DNA of 22,172 nucleotides from Candidatus Micrarchaeota archaeon (GCA_964388265.1 CAYLXZ010000012.1:1-22172), one strand, 5' to 3'; positions 1 through 7,684 are shown, numbered from the stretch's first letter. Notes: generated by a model not told the origin, from the letters alone. Translations and numbers: made by a program.

Positions 1-81
1 AGGGAAGGGGATTCGAACCCCTGAAGACACTAAGCCACTAGGCCCTGAACCTAGCGCGTTTGACCGCTCCGCCATCCCTGC
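1..81 (-). tRNA. tRNA-Leu(CAG), 3' end cut off by the window edge
   Basis: The reverse complement reads GCAGGGATGGCGGAGCGGTCAAACGCG-CTAGG-TTCAGGG-CCTAG-(long variable arm)-GGGGTTCGAATCCCC-TTCCCT. Anticodon CAG and class II variable arm. The last ~3 nt lie beyond position 1. Confidence 0.95.
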
Positions 82-110
82 GTTCCGATATTTTAGATGA
101 GGTTCTTTCT

Positions 111-190
111 TTTTTTGCAAATCTTCGAAGAAGCAAAGCTTCTTCGTGTGAAGGAGAACTTCGTTCTCCTGAATTTTCCTAAAAAAGTTT
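111..190. repeat. REP-like twin-hairpin palindromic element between the tRNAs
   Basis: Perfect hairpins CGAAGAAGC-aaa-GCTTCTTCG (126-146) and AGGAGAAC-ttc-GTTCTCCT (152-170). Flanked by TTTTTTGCAAAT and TTTTCCTAAAAAAGTT, which resemble the palindrome in the tRNA-Arg intron. Confidence 0.55.
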
Positions 191-192
191 AA

Positions 193-339
193 CGGGCTCG
201 AGGGGATTTGAACCCCTGGCTTGCTGGTTTCCTCGAACTCTTAAGTTTCTCTTTTATAGTTTTCTTGGTTTTTTGCGAACTTTTTTTCTAAAAAAGTTCT
301 CCGAAGCCAGCCGCGCTGTCCAGACTGCGCTACGAGCCC
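193..339 (-). tRNA. tRNA-Arg(TCG) with a 72-nt intron at canonical position 37/38 (intron 229-300)
   Basis: Acceptor stem GGGCTCG/CGAGCCC, anticodon stem GCTGG/CCAGC, loop CT-TCG-G|A, T-arm GGGGTTCAAATCCCC. Canonical bulge-helix-bulge: CTTC/GAGG helix, GGA and AAA bulges, GAACT/AGTTC inner helix. CCA is not encoded. Confidence 0.95.
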
Positions 340-340
340 T

Positions 341-1528
341 TTAATCTCCGGTGAATCTTTTTGTTATTTCGTCCGTGGCTTCTTTTCTTTCTTTCTCTTT
401 TTCATCTTCTTCTTTTTCTTTAGAGTTTTTTGTTTCCTTGGTGGTTTTTGTTTTCTTTTTTCTTTCTTTATTCTTTTCATTGTCTTTGTCTTCTTTATTG
501 TTTTTCCCTTGTTCTTTGGTAGGTATAATTAGTTCTATAAGGGCGCAGAGCGGTGATACGAATAGTGTTCCGTATAGTAGGATGAATGAACCTATTATTA
601 TCCCTGTGAGTATTGGAAGCAGTTTTAACATCACTCGGAATATTGGCACTTGTTCGAACATCCCTTGCATTACTTGGTCTGTTATTTTTTCCTGCATTTC
701 TTCCATTTGTCCTTCTATTACTGAACTAACGTTACCTAGGTCTACTCCTCCTTGCATTCTGTCTTTATATTGTTGGTATGAGCTGTTTACTATGACTCCT
801 TTCTGTGATTCAGTTAATGATTGCCAGGTTGAGTAGTTCATTGGTCTGTTGAACTGTTTTATCCCTGGTATAAGGAGTTGGTTTTTGAACTCTTCTTTAC
901 TCATTGTAATGTTGCTTGTTCCTAGATCTTGTTGTAGTTCTCCTTCCAGCATTTCTTCTATATCCATGGCTTCTATCTGGGATCTTGACATGTTGATTAA
1001 AGATCCTTTGAATTGCTCTTGTCTTTGTTCCATTGAGGCTGCAGTTATTAGTATCCCTGTTATTAGTCCCCCTAGGGCTAAGAGGTAAAGTATCTTTTTT
1101 GACAAGTTCCATCCATATCCTAGTCTTTGAAGAATTCCTGTTTCTTTCTCAGGTGCTGTGAAGTAGATCTGCAGTACTATTCCCAGGAAGTAGAAAACCA
1201 GCATCAGTAGGAAAGCTAAGAGGTTCTGGAAGAAAGAGAAGAAGATAGGGAAGGGTGTGAATACTCCGATACCTGAAGCTAGAACCATTTTTATGTTGCT
1301 TAAGTGTTTGTTGAAGTAATGTATTGTTATTATTGCTCCTGCTAGGGTTGCTCCGGATAGCAAGAGAAATAGAAAGGTCTCTATATTAATTAGCTTGATT
1401 GCTTCGGTGAATACAAAAGCCTGTTCGAAAGCTATGCCTGTTAGGCTATATAGATAGATCCAAAGTAGATTTAGAGCTGTTAGTGCTCCTGTGTATATTC
1501 CTAGTTTCTTCAGGGTTTTTTCTTTAAT
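341..1528 (-). CDS. Multi-pass membrane protein (~395 aa) with a soluble Q/E/M-rich loop and a K/E-rich C-terminal tail; probable ATT start
   Basis: The track ORF 341..1363 stays open for 55 more codons and adds a hydrophobic segment (IKEKTLKKLGIYTGALTALNLLWIYLYSLTGIAF...). It reaches ATT at 1528-1526, which lies 7 nt after GAGGTG (1541-1536) and overlaps the map stop. Confidence 0.75.
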   Translation of the reverse strand: MKEKTLKKLGIYTGALTALNLLWIYLYSLTGIAFEQAFVFTEAIKLINIETFLFLLLSGATLAGAIITIHYFNKHLSNIKMVLASGIGVFTPFPIFFSFFQNLLAFLLMLVFYFLGIVLQIYFTAPEKETGILQRLGYGWNLSKKILYLLALGGLITGILITAASMEQRQEQFKGSLINMSRSQIEAMDIEEMLEGELQQDLGTSNITMSKEEFKNQLLIPGIKQFNRPMNYSTWQSLTESQKGVIVNSSYQQYKDRMQGGVDLGNVSSVIEGQMEEMQEKITDQVMQGMFEQVPIFRVMLKLLPILTGIIIGSFILLYGTLFVSPLCALIELIIPTKEQGKNNKEDKDNEKNKERKKKTKTTKETKNSKEKEEDEKEKERKEATDEITKRFTGD

Positions 1529-2417
1529 CGGTTAACACCTCGCAGCTGTCTTTTTGAACTATCACTGTGTTTTCGGCTTGTGATATTAGGGAGTCTTTAT
1601 CATCTTTTAACACAGGGTAGGTTTTTAAGCTTTCTTTATCTGTGAGTTTCTTGAGCGCTAGCTTGAGTTTTAGGGAGTTGTAGTTTTCTGAGATCCATCT
1701 CTTGGCAAATGGTAGTGAATGGTAGTTTTCTTTAACTTGTTTTAGAACTTCCCTCGCTGTCCTGTTTCTTATTGAGGTGTCTTCGCTGTATGAGTATATC
1801 TCTGTGGTTTTCCCTGACTTAACTCTACCTTTACCTGTTGATGCGAACGGCTCTATCGCGATCACCTGGCCTTCTTCCAGTTCCTTGTTGTGATTTGTTC
1901 TCGTGTTAGGTATGGTTGGATCATTATGAGAGCTCCATCTTCCTAGTCCATGGCCTGTGAGGTTTCTAACTGGCTTGAATCCTTTTTCTTCAATGGTTTC
2001 CTGTATCTCTTCACCTATCTCTTTGGTTTCTCTACCTGCCTTGACTAGAGATAAAGCATTCTCCAATGCTTCTCTACTGGCTTCTATCAAATCAGGGTTT
2101 TCTTCTGTGAAGTCAATTGTGTATGCGGTGTCCCCACCTACATAACCGTCTACGTGTACTCCTATATCTATCTTCACCACTTTTTCTTCGTTGAATTTTC
2201 TTTCTCCGTCTTTTCCTGGTGTGTAGTGAGCTGCTTCGTTGTTTACAGAGAGGTTCACGGGGAAGGCGGGTTCTGCTCCTTCATCTCTTATGAATTGCTC
2301 TATCTGTTCAGCTGCTTCTAGGAATGTTTTTCCTTTCTCTATTATTTCCTTTGATTTTTCCTTGGCTTTTCTGGCTATCTCGCCTGCTTCTCTGTATTTA
2401 TCTATGTTTTCATTCAT
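1524..2417 (-). CDS. map: Type II methionine aminopeptidase
   Basis: Motifs PAFPVNLSVNNEAAHYTP, KIDIGVHVDGY..DTAYT, NLTGHG, AIEPFAS, the LPFAKRW insertion domain, YPVLKD and SQAENT. Confidence 0.96.
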   Translation of the reverse strand: MNENIDKYREAGEIARKAKEKSKEIIEKGKTFLEAAEQIEQFIRDEGAEPAFPVNLSVNNEAAHYTPGKDGERKFNEEKVVKIDIGVHVDGYVGGDTAYTIDFTEENPDLIEASREALENALSLVKAGRETKEIGEEIQETIEEKGFKPVRNLTGHGLGRWSSHNDPTIPNTRTNHNKELEEGQVIAIEPFASTGKGRVKSGKTTEIYSYSEDTSIRNRTAREVLKQVKENYHSLPFAKRWISENYNSLKLKLALKKLTDKESLKTYPVLKDDKDSLISQAENTVIVQKDSCEVLTD

Positions 2418-2421
2418 TTTT

Positions 2422-4761
2422 TCACGTCCATTCTCCTAGTTCTGATTGTTTTCCAGCGTACTTCAGATCGTTTTTCCTTACTCCTAGTTCTTTCAGAACT
2501 CTCATCACGGCTGGTATGACTTGATTGTCTATATAGTAGTCTGCGTCGTATTTTTTGTCTTTGAATAGCTCTATTGGTATTGACCTGTCGGATATTGAGC
2601 CTCTTCCTTCCTGGATTATGTATCCTATCACGGTTCCTCCTTTCACGTTGTATCCTTCTTCCTCAAGTCTTCGTGCCGCGGTGACATGTGGGCCTATGGA
2701 CTCGTAGTTATCTATATTTTTCTTCATCGTGGTGTATATCACTAGTTTCTCTGGATCTACTTTCTTATCTCTGAGGTCTTGGATCACTTGCTCCACGTGT
2801 TCAACTGCTTTCTGTGGTTTTCCTTCTTCTAGGACTTTTTGTATTACTTTTTCTTGTGTTTCTTTGGCTATGTCTGCCCAGTCTCTTCTTACTAATGCGA
2901 ATCCTTTTATTTCGAGGTTTCCGTCTTCTCTGAGTAATGCGTATTTCTTCTTGGCTGCTTTTCCGCTTTTCTTTGATACGAATACTCCGCGTGGGTAGTA
3001 TCCTTCGTATTCGAGCTTCATGGCGCTCGGAAGTTCTTTATTTATATCTCCAAGCCAGTTTTTTAGGTCTTCAAGAGATTGATCAGGTTTTAATTTTATA
3101 AAGGCTCCATCTGTATCCGCGTAAACCACGTTAAAGCCGTTTTCTTCGGCTTTTTCTATTGTGTCTTTTATGTATTGTCTTCCCCATGCTGTTATGGCTT
3201 CTGCGCATGGTCTGGAGTACCATCGGGCTCTTGCGTATCCGAGGTATCCTAACATGGAGTTTGCTATGATTTTCAATGCTTGGGATCTGTAGTTTAATCT
3301 GTCTTTTTCTTCTTGGTCTTTGGCTTCTTTTATTTTTTTCTTTACTTTGTCTCTTGTTTCTATGAGGTTTTTCACTACTTCTGGTACGAGTCCTTCTCCT
3401 TCTTTATGGAATTTTTGACCTAGGGGTGATTCGTAGTGTTCTTTATCGCATTTTTCGTCTTCGCAGAGGTAGTAGGGTCCTACTTTCTTCGCTACTGCTA
3501 TTGTTGGATATAGTGACTTGAAGTCGCATACTACGAGGTCTTCGTGTAGCCCTGTTTCCGGTGTCTTGACGTATCCTCCTTTTATTGGGTTTCTCTGTCT
3601 TTTCTGAACGGTTTCTTTGTGTGGTCTCCGTGGCATGAGTATGTCTTTTTTGAATGCTTCTCTTCCTAGGAGCCATTCAACCATGTTTGAGGCGCTTTGT
3701 CTGGATACGTCGTAGGGTGGAAGTCCTACTAGTCTTGATAGTTCTTTGTAGAGTGGTAGTACTTGTTCTGATACTTGGTATGCGGCTATTGAGTCTTCTA
3801 GGTTGTATTTCTTGAGTTCTTCAAGTTTTTCTCCACCTTGTTCCCAGTATTCACATATCTGTTTCGAGGTTAAATCGGTTTTTTCCTTGCCTGTGAATTC
3901 TTCGTATACTGGTTCAAGCGAGTTCTTTGGAAGGTTGAGTGAACCTATTCCTGAGAGGAAGTCCACGGCTTTGTAGGTGTCTAGATGCATTCTTCCAAAC
4001 ATCTTTGCAGTGGATGCGAACCCTCTTTTTCTCACTTTCACTTCTGTCCCGTCTGTACCTAGATCTAGGGTTAGGTTGTTTTGTTCTGCTCTTGTTTCGA
4101 GGTATGGCCAGTCGAACCTGGTGCCGTTGTATGTTTCTATCACGTTCTTGTCTTTTTCCTTTATCTTGTCTATGAGTTTCTTTATTGTTTCTTTCTCGGT
4201 TCCTTTTTCTCTTGTCCAGTGGAATACTTTTTCCTCGTCTTCGTCTTTGTAGGATATCATGGTGATGGGATCTTCTTCTGGCTCGGGTTTTCCTTTGGAG
4301 TGTACTTCTATGTCGAACGCGCATTTACTTAATTCAGGAATGTCTTTTTCTCTTTCTTTTATTTCTTCGTATCCTTTGATTTCTTCTCCTTTTGTCTCTA
4401 TATCATAGTAGGTTAATGGGTATAGGTCTTTGTCTATGAGGTACTTGTATCTGTAAGGTAAGTTGTATTCTCTTGGTTCTCCGTATCCTTCGTCTTCCAC
4501 GTCTTCTTTAACGTCTCTAGCTGAATCACGGTCGTTGAGAATAACTTTTAGAGCTTTACCTTCTCTTTTTTCAACTTCCTCTATTTCTTTAACTTCTTCA
4601 CGTTCTTCGAGGTACTCTGTGGTTTCTTCTTTGTTTTCTGGTAATACGTAGAAGTAGTTGTGGAATACCTGGGTTTTTATCTGGTTTTTTTCTCCTAGTA
4701 GCTGGGTTTTTACTTTGTTTTTTTCCTGTGATTTGTCCACGTCGAAGATGTAGCCTTCCAT
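2422..4761 (-). CDS. polB: Family B DNA polymerase (PolB3-like, 779 aa), no intein
   Basis: ExoI FDIE, ExoII YNGTRFDWPYL, ExoIII YNLEDS; Pol motif A DFKSLYPTI, motif B KIIANSMLGYLGY, motif C YADTDG; KKKYAL, VRRDW, YYIDNQVIPAV; C-terminal PIP-like QSELGEW. Confidence 0.97.
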   Translation of the reverse strand: MEGYIFDVDKSQEKNKVKTQLLGEKNQIKTQVFHNYFYVLPENKEETTEYLEEREEVKEIEEVEKREGKALKVILNDRDSARDVKEDVEDEGYGEPREYNLPYRYKYLIDKDLYPLTYYDIETKGEEIKGYEEIKEREKDIPELSKCAFDIEVHSKGKPEPEEDPITMISYKDEDEEKVFHWTREKGTEKETIKKLIDKIKEKDKNVIETYNGTRFDWPYLETRAEQNNLTLDLGTDGTEVKVRKRGFASTAKMFGRMHLDTYKAVDFLSGIGSLNLPKNSLEPVYEEFTGKEKTDLTSKQICEYWEQGGEKLEELKKYNLEDSIAAYQVSEQVLPLYKELSRLVGLPPYDVSRQSASNMVEWLLGREAFKKDILMPRRPHKETVQKRQRNPIKGGYVKTPETGLHEDLVVCDFKSLYPTIAVAKKVGPYYLCEDEKCDKEHYESPLGQKFHKEGEGLVPEVVKNLIETRDKVKKKIKEAKDQEEKDRLNYRSQALKIIANSMLGYLGYARARWYSRPCAEAITAWGRQYIKDTIEKAEENGFNVVYADTDGAFIKLKPDQSLEDLKNWLGDINKELPSAMKLEYEGYYPRGVFVSKKSGKAAKKKYALLREDGNLEIKGFALVRRDWADIAKETQEKVIQKVLEEGKPQKAVEHVEQVIQDLRDKKVDPEKLVIYTTMKKNIDNYESIGPHVTAARRLEEEGYNVKGGTVIGYIIQEGRGSISDRSIPIELFKDKKYDADYYIDNQVIPAVMRVLKELGVRKNDLKYAGKQSELGEWT

Positions 4762-4781
4762 CTTGTTGTCCTTCCCACTGG

Positions 4782-4800
4782 TTTTTAATATATAAATTCC
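4782..4800 (-). promoter_or_regulatory. TATA box of polB in the divergent intergenic region
   Basis: TTTATATA (4796-4789) lies 27 nt upstream of the polB ATG. Read as TATATAAA on the + strand, it could also serve the gene starting at 4836. Confidence 0.6.
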
Positions 4801-4835
4801 TTAATTGATTTAAGTGTATTGTTTCTGGTGGCTCC

Positions 4836-5294
4836 ATGGCTAGACGAAGAGATAATGATGAAGGATCAGGAGGAAGGCTTCGGGCTCTTAACTCCAAGAT
4901 GAGCGTAGTTGCTCAGAGGATGAAGGTTATAGAGAAGAATGAGAAGATTCTGGCTAAGACTGTTACCCGTAACAATAAGAGAATTAAGAAGATAAGGAAA
5001 GAGCTTGATGAAATTAAGGAAGAAGGCTTGGAAACTGGTGGAGCCGGAGCAGAGTCGGCTGAAGTTGGTTCTCTTGAGGATTCTTTGGATGAGATTAAGG
5101 ATAAGGTTGATTCGCTTGAGGAGTCTATCCAGGATAACAAGGATAGGATCAAGGGATTCAAGGATAAGTTGGATGAGATGGATTATGTTATTGATACTAT
5201 TAACCCGGTTGAGTATCTTACTTCTGAGGAGATCAGTGAATTGATTGATGAGAGAATAAATAAAGCTCTTGAGGAGAGTTCTTCAGAGGATTAG
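4836..5294 (+). CDS. Coiled-coil protein (152 aa), basic N-half and acidic C-half
   Basis: ATG preceded by GGTGG. Heptad pattern LEDSLDEIKDKVDSLEESIQDNKDRIKGFKDKLDEM. Fills the gap between polB and the convergent gene exactly. Confidence 0.85.
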   Translation: MARRRDNDEGSGGRLRALNSKMSVVAQRMKVIEKNEKILAKTVTRNNKRIKKIRKELDEIKEEGLETGGAGAESAEVGSLEDSLDEIKDKVDSLEESIQDNKDRIKGFKDKLDEMDYVIDTINPVEYLTSEEISELIDERINKALEESSSED

Positions 5295-5296
5295 GT

Positions 5297-6775
5297 TCAT
5301 TGAGTTAGGTATGGTCGTAGTTTTACTCTGTATGGTTTTCCTTTCCTTGGTTTTATCCCTATTTCTTCGTTGTTCGCGAATTTTCCTTTGATTGTTGATT
5401 CGTTCACTAGTGGTTCGTATAGGTCTATTTCGTTTTCTGCGCCTATCATGTATCCTATTCCGTAGTCGTTGGCGTGTGTTAGTACTTCTAGTATTTTTTC
5501 CTGTAGTCTTTCCCTGGGTTCTGAAGGGGTATATATGTTTCCTTTTGGCAGCATCACTATTGCTCTTAGTTTTTTCTTGAATCCTTCTTTCTTGTTTTCT
5601 TCGTGGAGTGTTTTTAGGAATGAGTATACGAATGCTCTTTTCATTGTTGAGGGTAGTGCTGAGATGTCTATTCTGATTACTGTGCCCATTGATTGAAGGT
5701 AGGCTGATACCATGGACTTTAGGTCTGTTTTTCCATCCAGGAAATCGGGGTATACTTGGTTCATTACCTTCATCCATCTTACTCCTCTGTATCTGTGGAA
5801 CTTGTCCACGTCTTCTTCTATGGATATTAGTTCTTCTTCTATGTCTTTCAGTGACTTCAGTTTCTTTTCTTTCTCTATTATTTCGTCTATCATTTCTGCG
5901 GTTTTTTCTCCGTGGTACTCGTCTTTTTCTGGTACGTTGATTATTTCTCGGAATGCTTTTTTGTCCAGGTAGTTGAGGTTGACCTGTAGTTCTCCTGGTT
6001 TAAAGCTCCGTATGGGTAGACCTATGGGCTGTAGATCCGGGTACTTTGAGTGAGGGAAATCTGGGTTTGGTGATGATAGGTTGTTGTATTTGTCTGAGTC
6101 ATCGAATATGACTCCGTTTATTCCGGATAGGACGCAGTTCTCTAGCATTACGTGGAATGCTTTTTCTCTTCTTTCTTCTTTCCCTATTATGGTGGTTGCT
6201 TTGAATGTTTCTATGTTTTCTTCGGCTTTTCTTCCATCCATCTTTTCCCCTAGGAGCACTTTTTCTTCTTTCTTTTCTGGTTTTCCTTGTTCTTTACCCA
6301 TGAGTAGCCCTGGTAGTAGTGCTGGCCTGTTGAATAACAGGCTTTCTTCTTCTTCGCTGAGGTTTTTAAGTTCTGTTAATTCTGCTCCGTGTACTTTGCT
6401 TAATTCGTAGAGCTTTTTTTCTTTTTCTTTTACTTCTTGGAATAGTTTTTCTACGGATGCGTCCACTTCCTTGGTTTCTGGGTCACTGTAGTTTGGTCCT
6501 GTTGATATTGAGAAGAATCTTCCTTTCTTTGTTGGGAAGTTCTCTTCGAATACCATGGAGTATCCACCTAGCTCTGTGTTGAGTTTGGATATGTTGCCAG
6601 TGGCTTCGAAGTACTTGTTTAGAAATAGAACCATTCCTTCTAGTTTTCCTTCTTCTCGGTCCTCGACCACGGTTAATGTGTAGCTGTCTGGGTTTTTGAA
6701 TAGATGTACCTCGGTACCCGACCATTCACCGTGGAATAGTCTTTCCCATGGTCCTCTTGGAAAATCAACATCCAT
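5297..6775 (-). CDS. HerA/DUF87/VirB4-like P-loop fold protein with degenerate Walker A and B (probable pseudo-ATPase, 492 aa)
   Basis: HerA-like framework: VLLGEK...TTIIG(KEERREK)AFHVMLE...GVIFDDSDKYNNL...RIDISAL...IVML(PKGN)...YGIGYMIG(AEN)EIDL. Start moved to ATG 6775 because the upstream part of the track ORF is intergenic or antisense to the next gene. Confidence 0.7.
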   Translation of the reverse strand: MDVDFPRGPWERLFHGEWSGTEVHLFKNPDSYTLTVVEDREEGKLEGMVLFLNKYFEATGNISKLNTELGGYSMVFEENFPTKKGRFFSISTGPNYSDPETKEVDASVEKLFQEVKEKEKKLYELSKVHGAELTELKNLSEEEESLLFNRPALLPGLLMGKEQGKPEKKEEKVLLGEKMDGRKAEENIETFKATTIIGKEERREKAFHVMLENCVLSGINGVIFDDSDKYNNLSSPNPDFPHSKYPDLQPIGLPIRSFKPGELQVNLNYLDKKAFREIINVPEKDEYHGEKTAEMIDEIIEKEKKLKSLKDIEEELISIEEDVDKFHRYRGVRWMKVMNQVYPDFLDGKTDLKSMVSAYLQSMGTVIRIDISALPSTMKRAFVYSFLKTLHEENKKEGFKKKLRAIVMLPKGNIYTPSEPRERLQEKILEVLTHANDYGIGYMIGAENEIDLYEPLVNESTIKGKFANNEEIGIKPRKGKPYRVKLRPYLTQ

Positions 6776-6878
6776 TTTTGTCCAGTCCTTTTCTCCTTGT
6801 TTGATTAAAATCTCTATGTTAATAAGTAATACATGGCTTAAATTTATAACCCTTGAATTCGTTATTGGATTGATAGGT
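6776..6878. promoter_or_regulatory. Divergent promoter region
   Basis: TTTATAAC (6843-6850, + strand) lies 28 nt before ATG 6879. TTATTAAC (6825-6818, - strand) lies upstream of the HerA-like gene. Confidence 0.55.
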
Positions 6879-7445
6879 ATGGAACAGGAAGAGTTCGAGA
6901 ATATAAAGGAGATAATCAAGTCGATGAAGAGCTCCGGAGCCTCGGAGCAAGAGATAAGAAATAACCTCAAGCAGCTTGATTTCGCTGACGAGGATATAGA
7001 TAAGGTTTTAAGTCAGGTTGAAGAGAGTTCTGAGGAAGAGGAGAAAGAAGATGAATCCATGGATAACTTAGAAGAGAAAGTAGAAGAAGTTAGCAAGGGA
7101 ATGGAGCCGATAACCGATAAGATAGAGGAAGTTAGCCAGAAAGCCGAGGAAGCTGGAGAGAAACACGAAAAAGTCGAGGAGAAGGTTAATGAGGTTCAGG
7201 GAACGACTGAAGAGCATAAGCAGAAGCTTGAAGGTGTTGAGGAGAAGACGGAGGAAACGGCGAAGGAAGTTAAGGAGATTAAGAAGAAACATGAGGAGAA
7301 TCATGGGGTTAGTAACCAGGAGATCCATGATGAGGTCCGAGAGGTTAAGAATAAGGTGGCTGCTTTGATGGATATAGAGCAGAAGGTTCTTAAGACGAAT
7401 AAGAAGATCTTGACTGAGTTATCTGGAAAAGAAGAGAATAATTAA
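6879..7445 (+). CDS. Acidic coiled-coil protein (188 aa) with a small N-terminal helical bundle
   Basis: Start at ATG 6879 (MEQEEFENIKEIIKSMKSSGASEQEIRNNLKQL). Long E/K heptad repeats such as LEEKVEEVS, ITDKIEEVS and VEEKVNEVQ. Confidence 0.85.
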   Translation: MEQEEFENIKEIIKSMKSSGASEQEIRNNLKQLDFADEDIDKVLSQVEESSEEEEKEDESMDNLEEKVEEVSKGMEPITDKIEEVSQKAEEAGEKHEKVEEKVNEVQGTTEEHKQKLEGVEEKTEETAKEVKEIKKKHEENHGVSNQEIHDEVREVKNKVAALMDIEQKVLKTNKKILTELSGKEENN

Positions 7446-7450
7446 GGGTT

Positions 7451-7684
7451 TTAGTCATCGTTTTCCACTAGTTTTACTGGTAGTCCTTTGAATATCTTGT
7501 CCACTATTGATAGTTTCCCTGCTTTTACTTTACCTGTGTCCGCGTCTTTGTAGATATCTAGGTCTTCCTGGACTTTTTCCTGGTATTGTACTGGAAGTTC
7601 TGATGTTGGATCTGGTAGCACTGGATGTTGACCTATCTTCTTTTTCTTCGGTGGCTTTCCTTGGATCAATATATGTTTGGTCAT
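7451..7684 (-). CDS. Small soluble protein (77 aa), probable TM-less paralogue of the three upstream 116-aa proteins
   Basis: ATG 1 nt after the upstream stop, with GGAGG SD. HPVLPDPTSELPVQYQEK aligns without gaps to HPVVYEDAGEPPNLYPEE of 8046..8396. Confidence 0.75.
   Translation of the reverse strand: MTKHILIQGKPPKKKKIGQHPVLPDPTSELPVQYQEKVQEDLDIYKDADTGKVKAGKLSIVDKIFKGLPVKLVENDD

Noticed and set aside
1..340. tRNA-anchored integrated element or provirus
   Set aside because: No integrase, no duplicated tRNA 3' end (att site) and no viral hallmark genes. The flanking genes are housekeeping.
344..520. Low-complexity T/C-rich tract as a DNA repeat
   Set aside because: It encodes the K/E-rich C-terminal tail of the membrane protein and has no regular period.
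351..4651. Many + strand and alternate-frame ORFs over the membrane gene, map and polB (351..836, 2729..2998, 3914..4324 and others)
   Set aside because: They are shadows of well-supported genes. Their F/S/L-rich or R/K-rich translations follow from the extreme strand skew.
2422..4761. Intein, split gene or inactivated (PolB2-type) polymerase
   Set aside because: The length is normal, the motifs are contiguous, and the catalytic Asp residues of both exonuclease and polymerase are present.
4836..5294. ArlC/FlaC-like archaellum accessory protein, suggested by a coiled coil followed by INP
   Set aside because: It lacks the NPF motif and there are no archaellum genes nearby. The resemblance is too weak.
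6776..6970. 65-aa N-terminal extension of the HerA-like ORF, and the 61-aa extension of ORF 6696..7445
   Set aside because: Each extension runs through the divergent promoter region and antisense into the other gene. ATGs at 6775 and 6879 give non-overlapping genes with TATA boxes.
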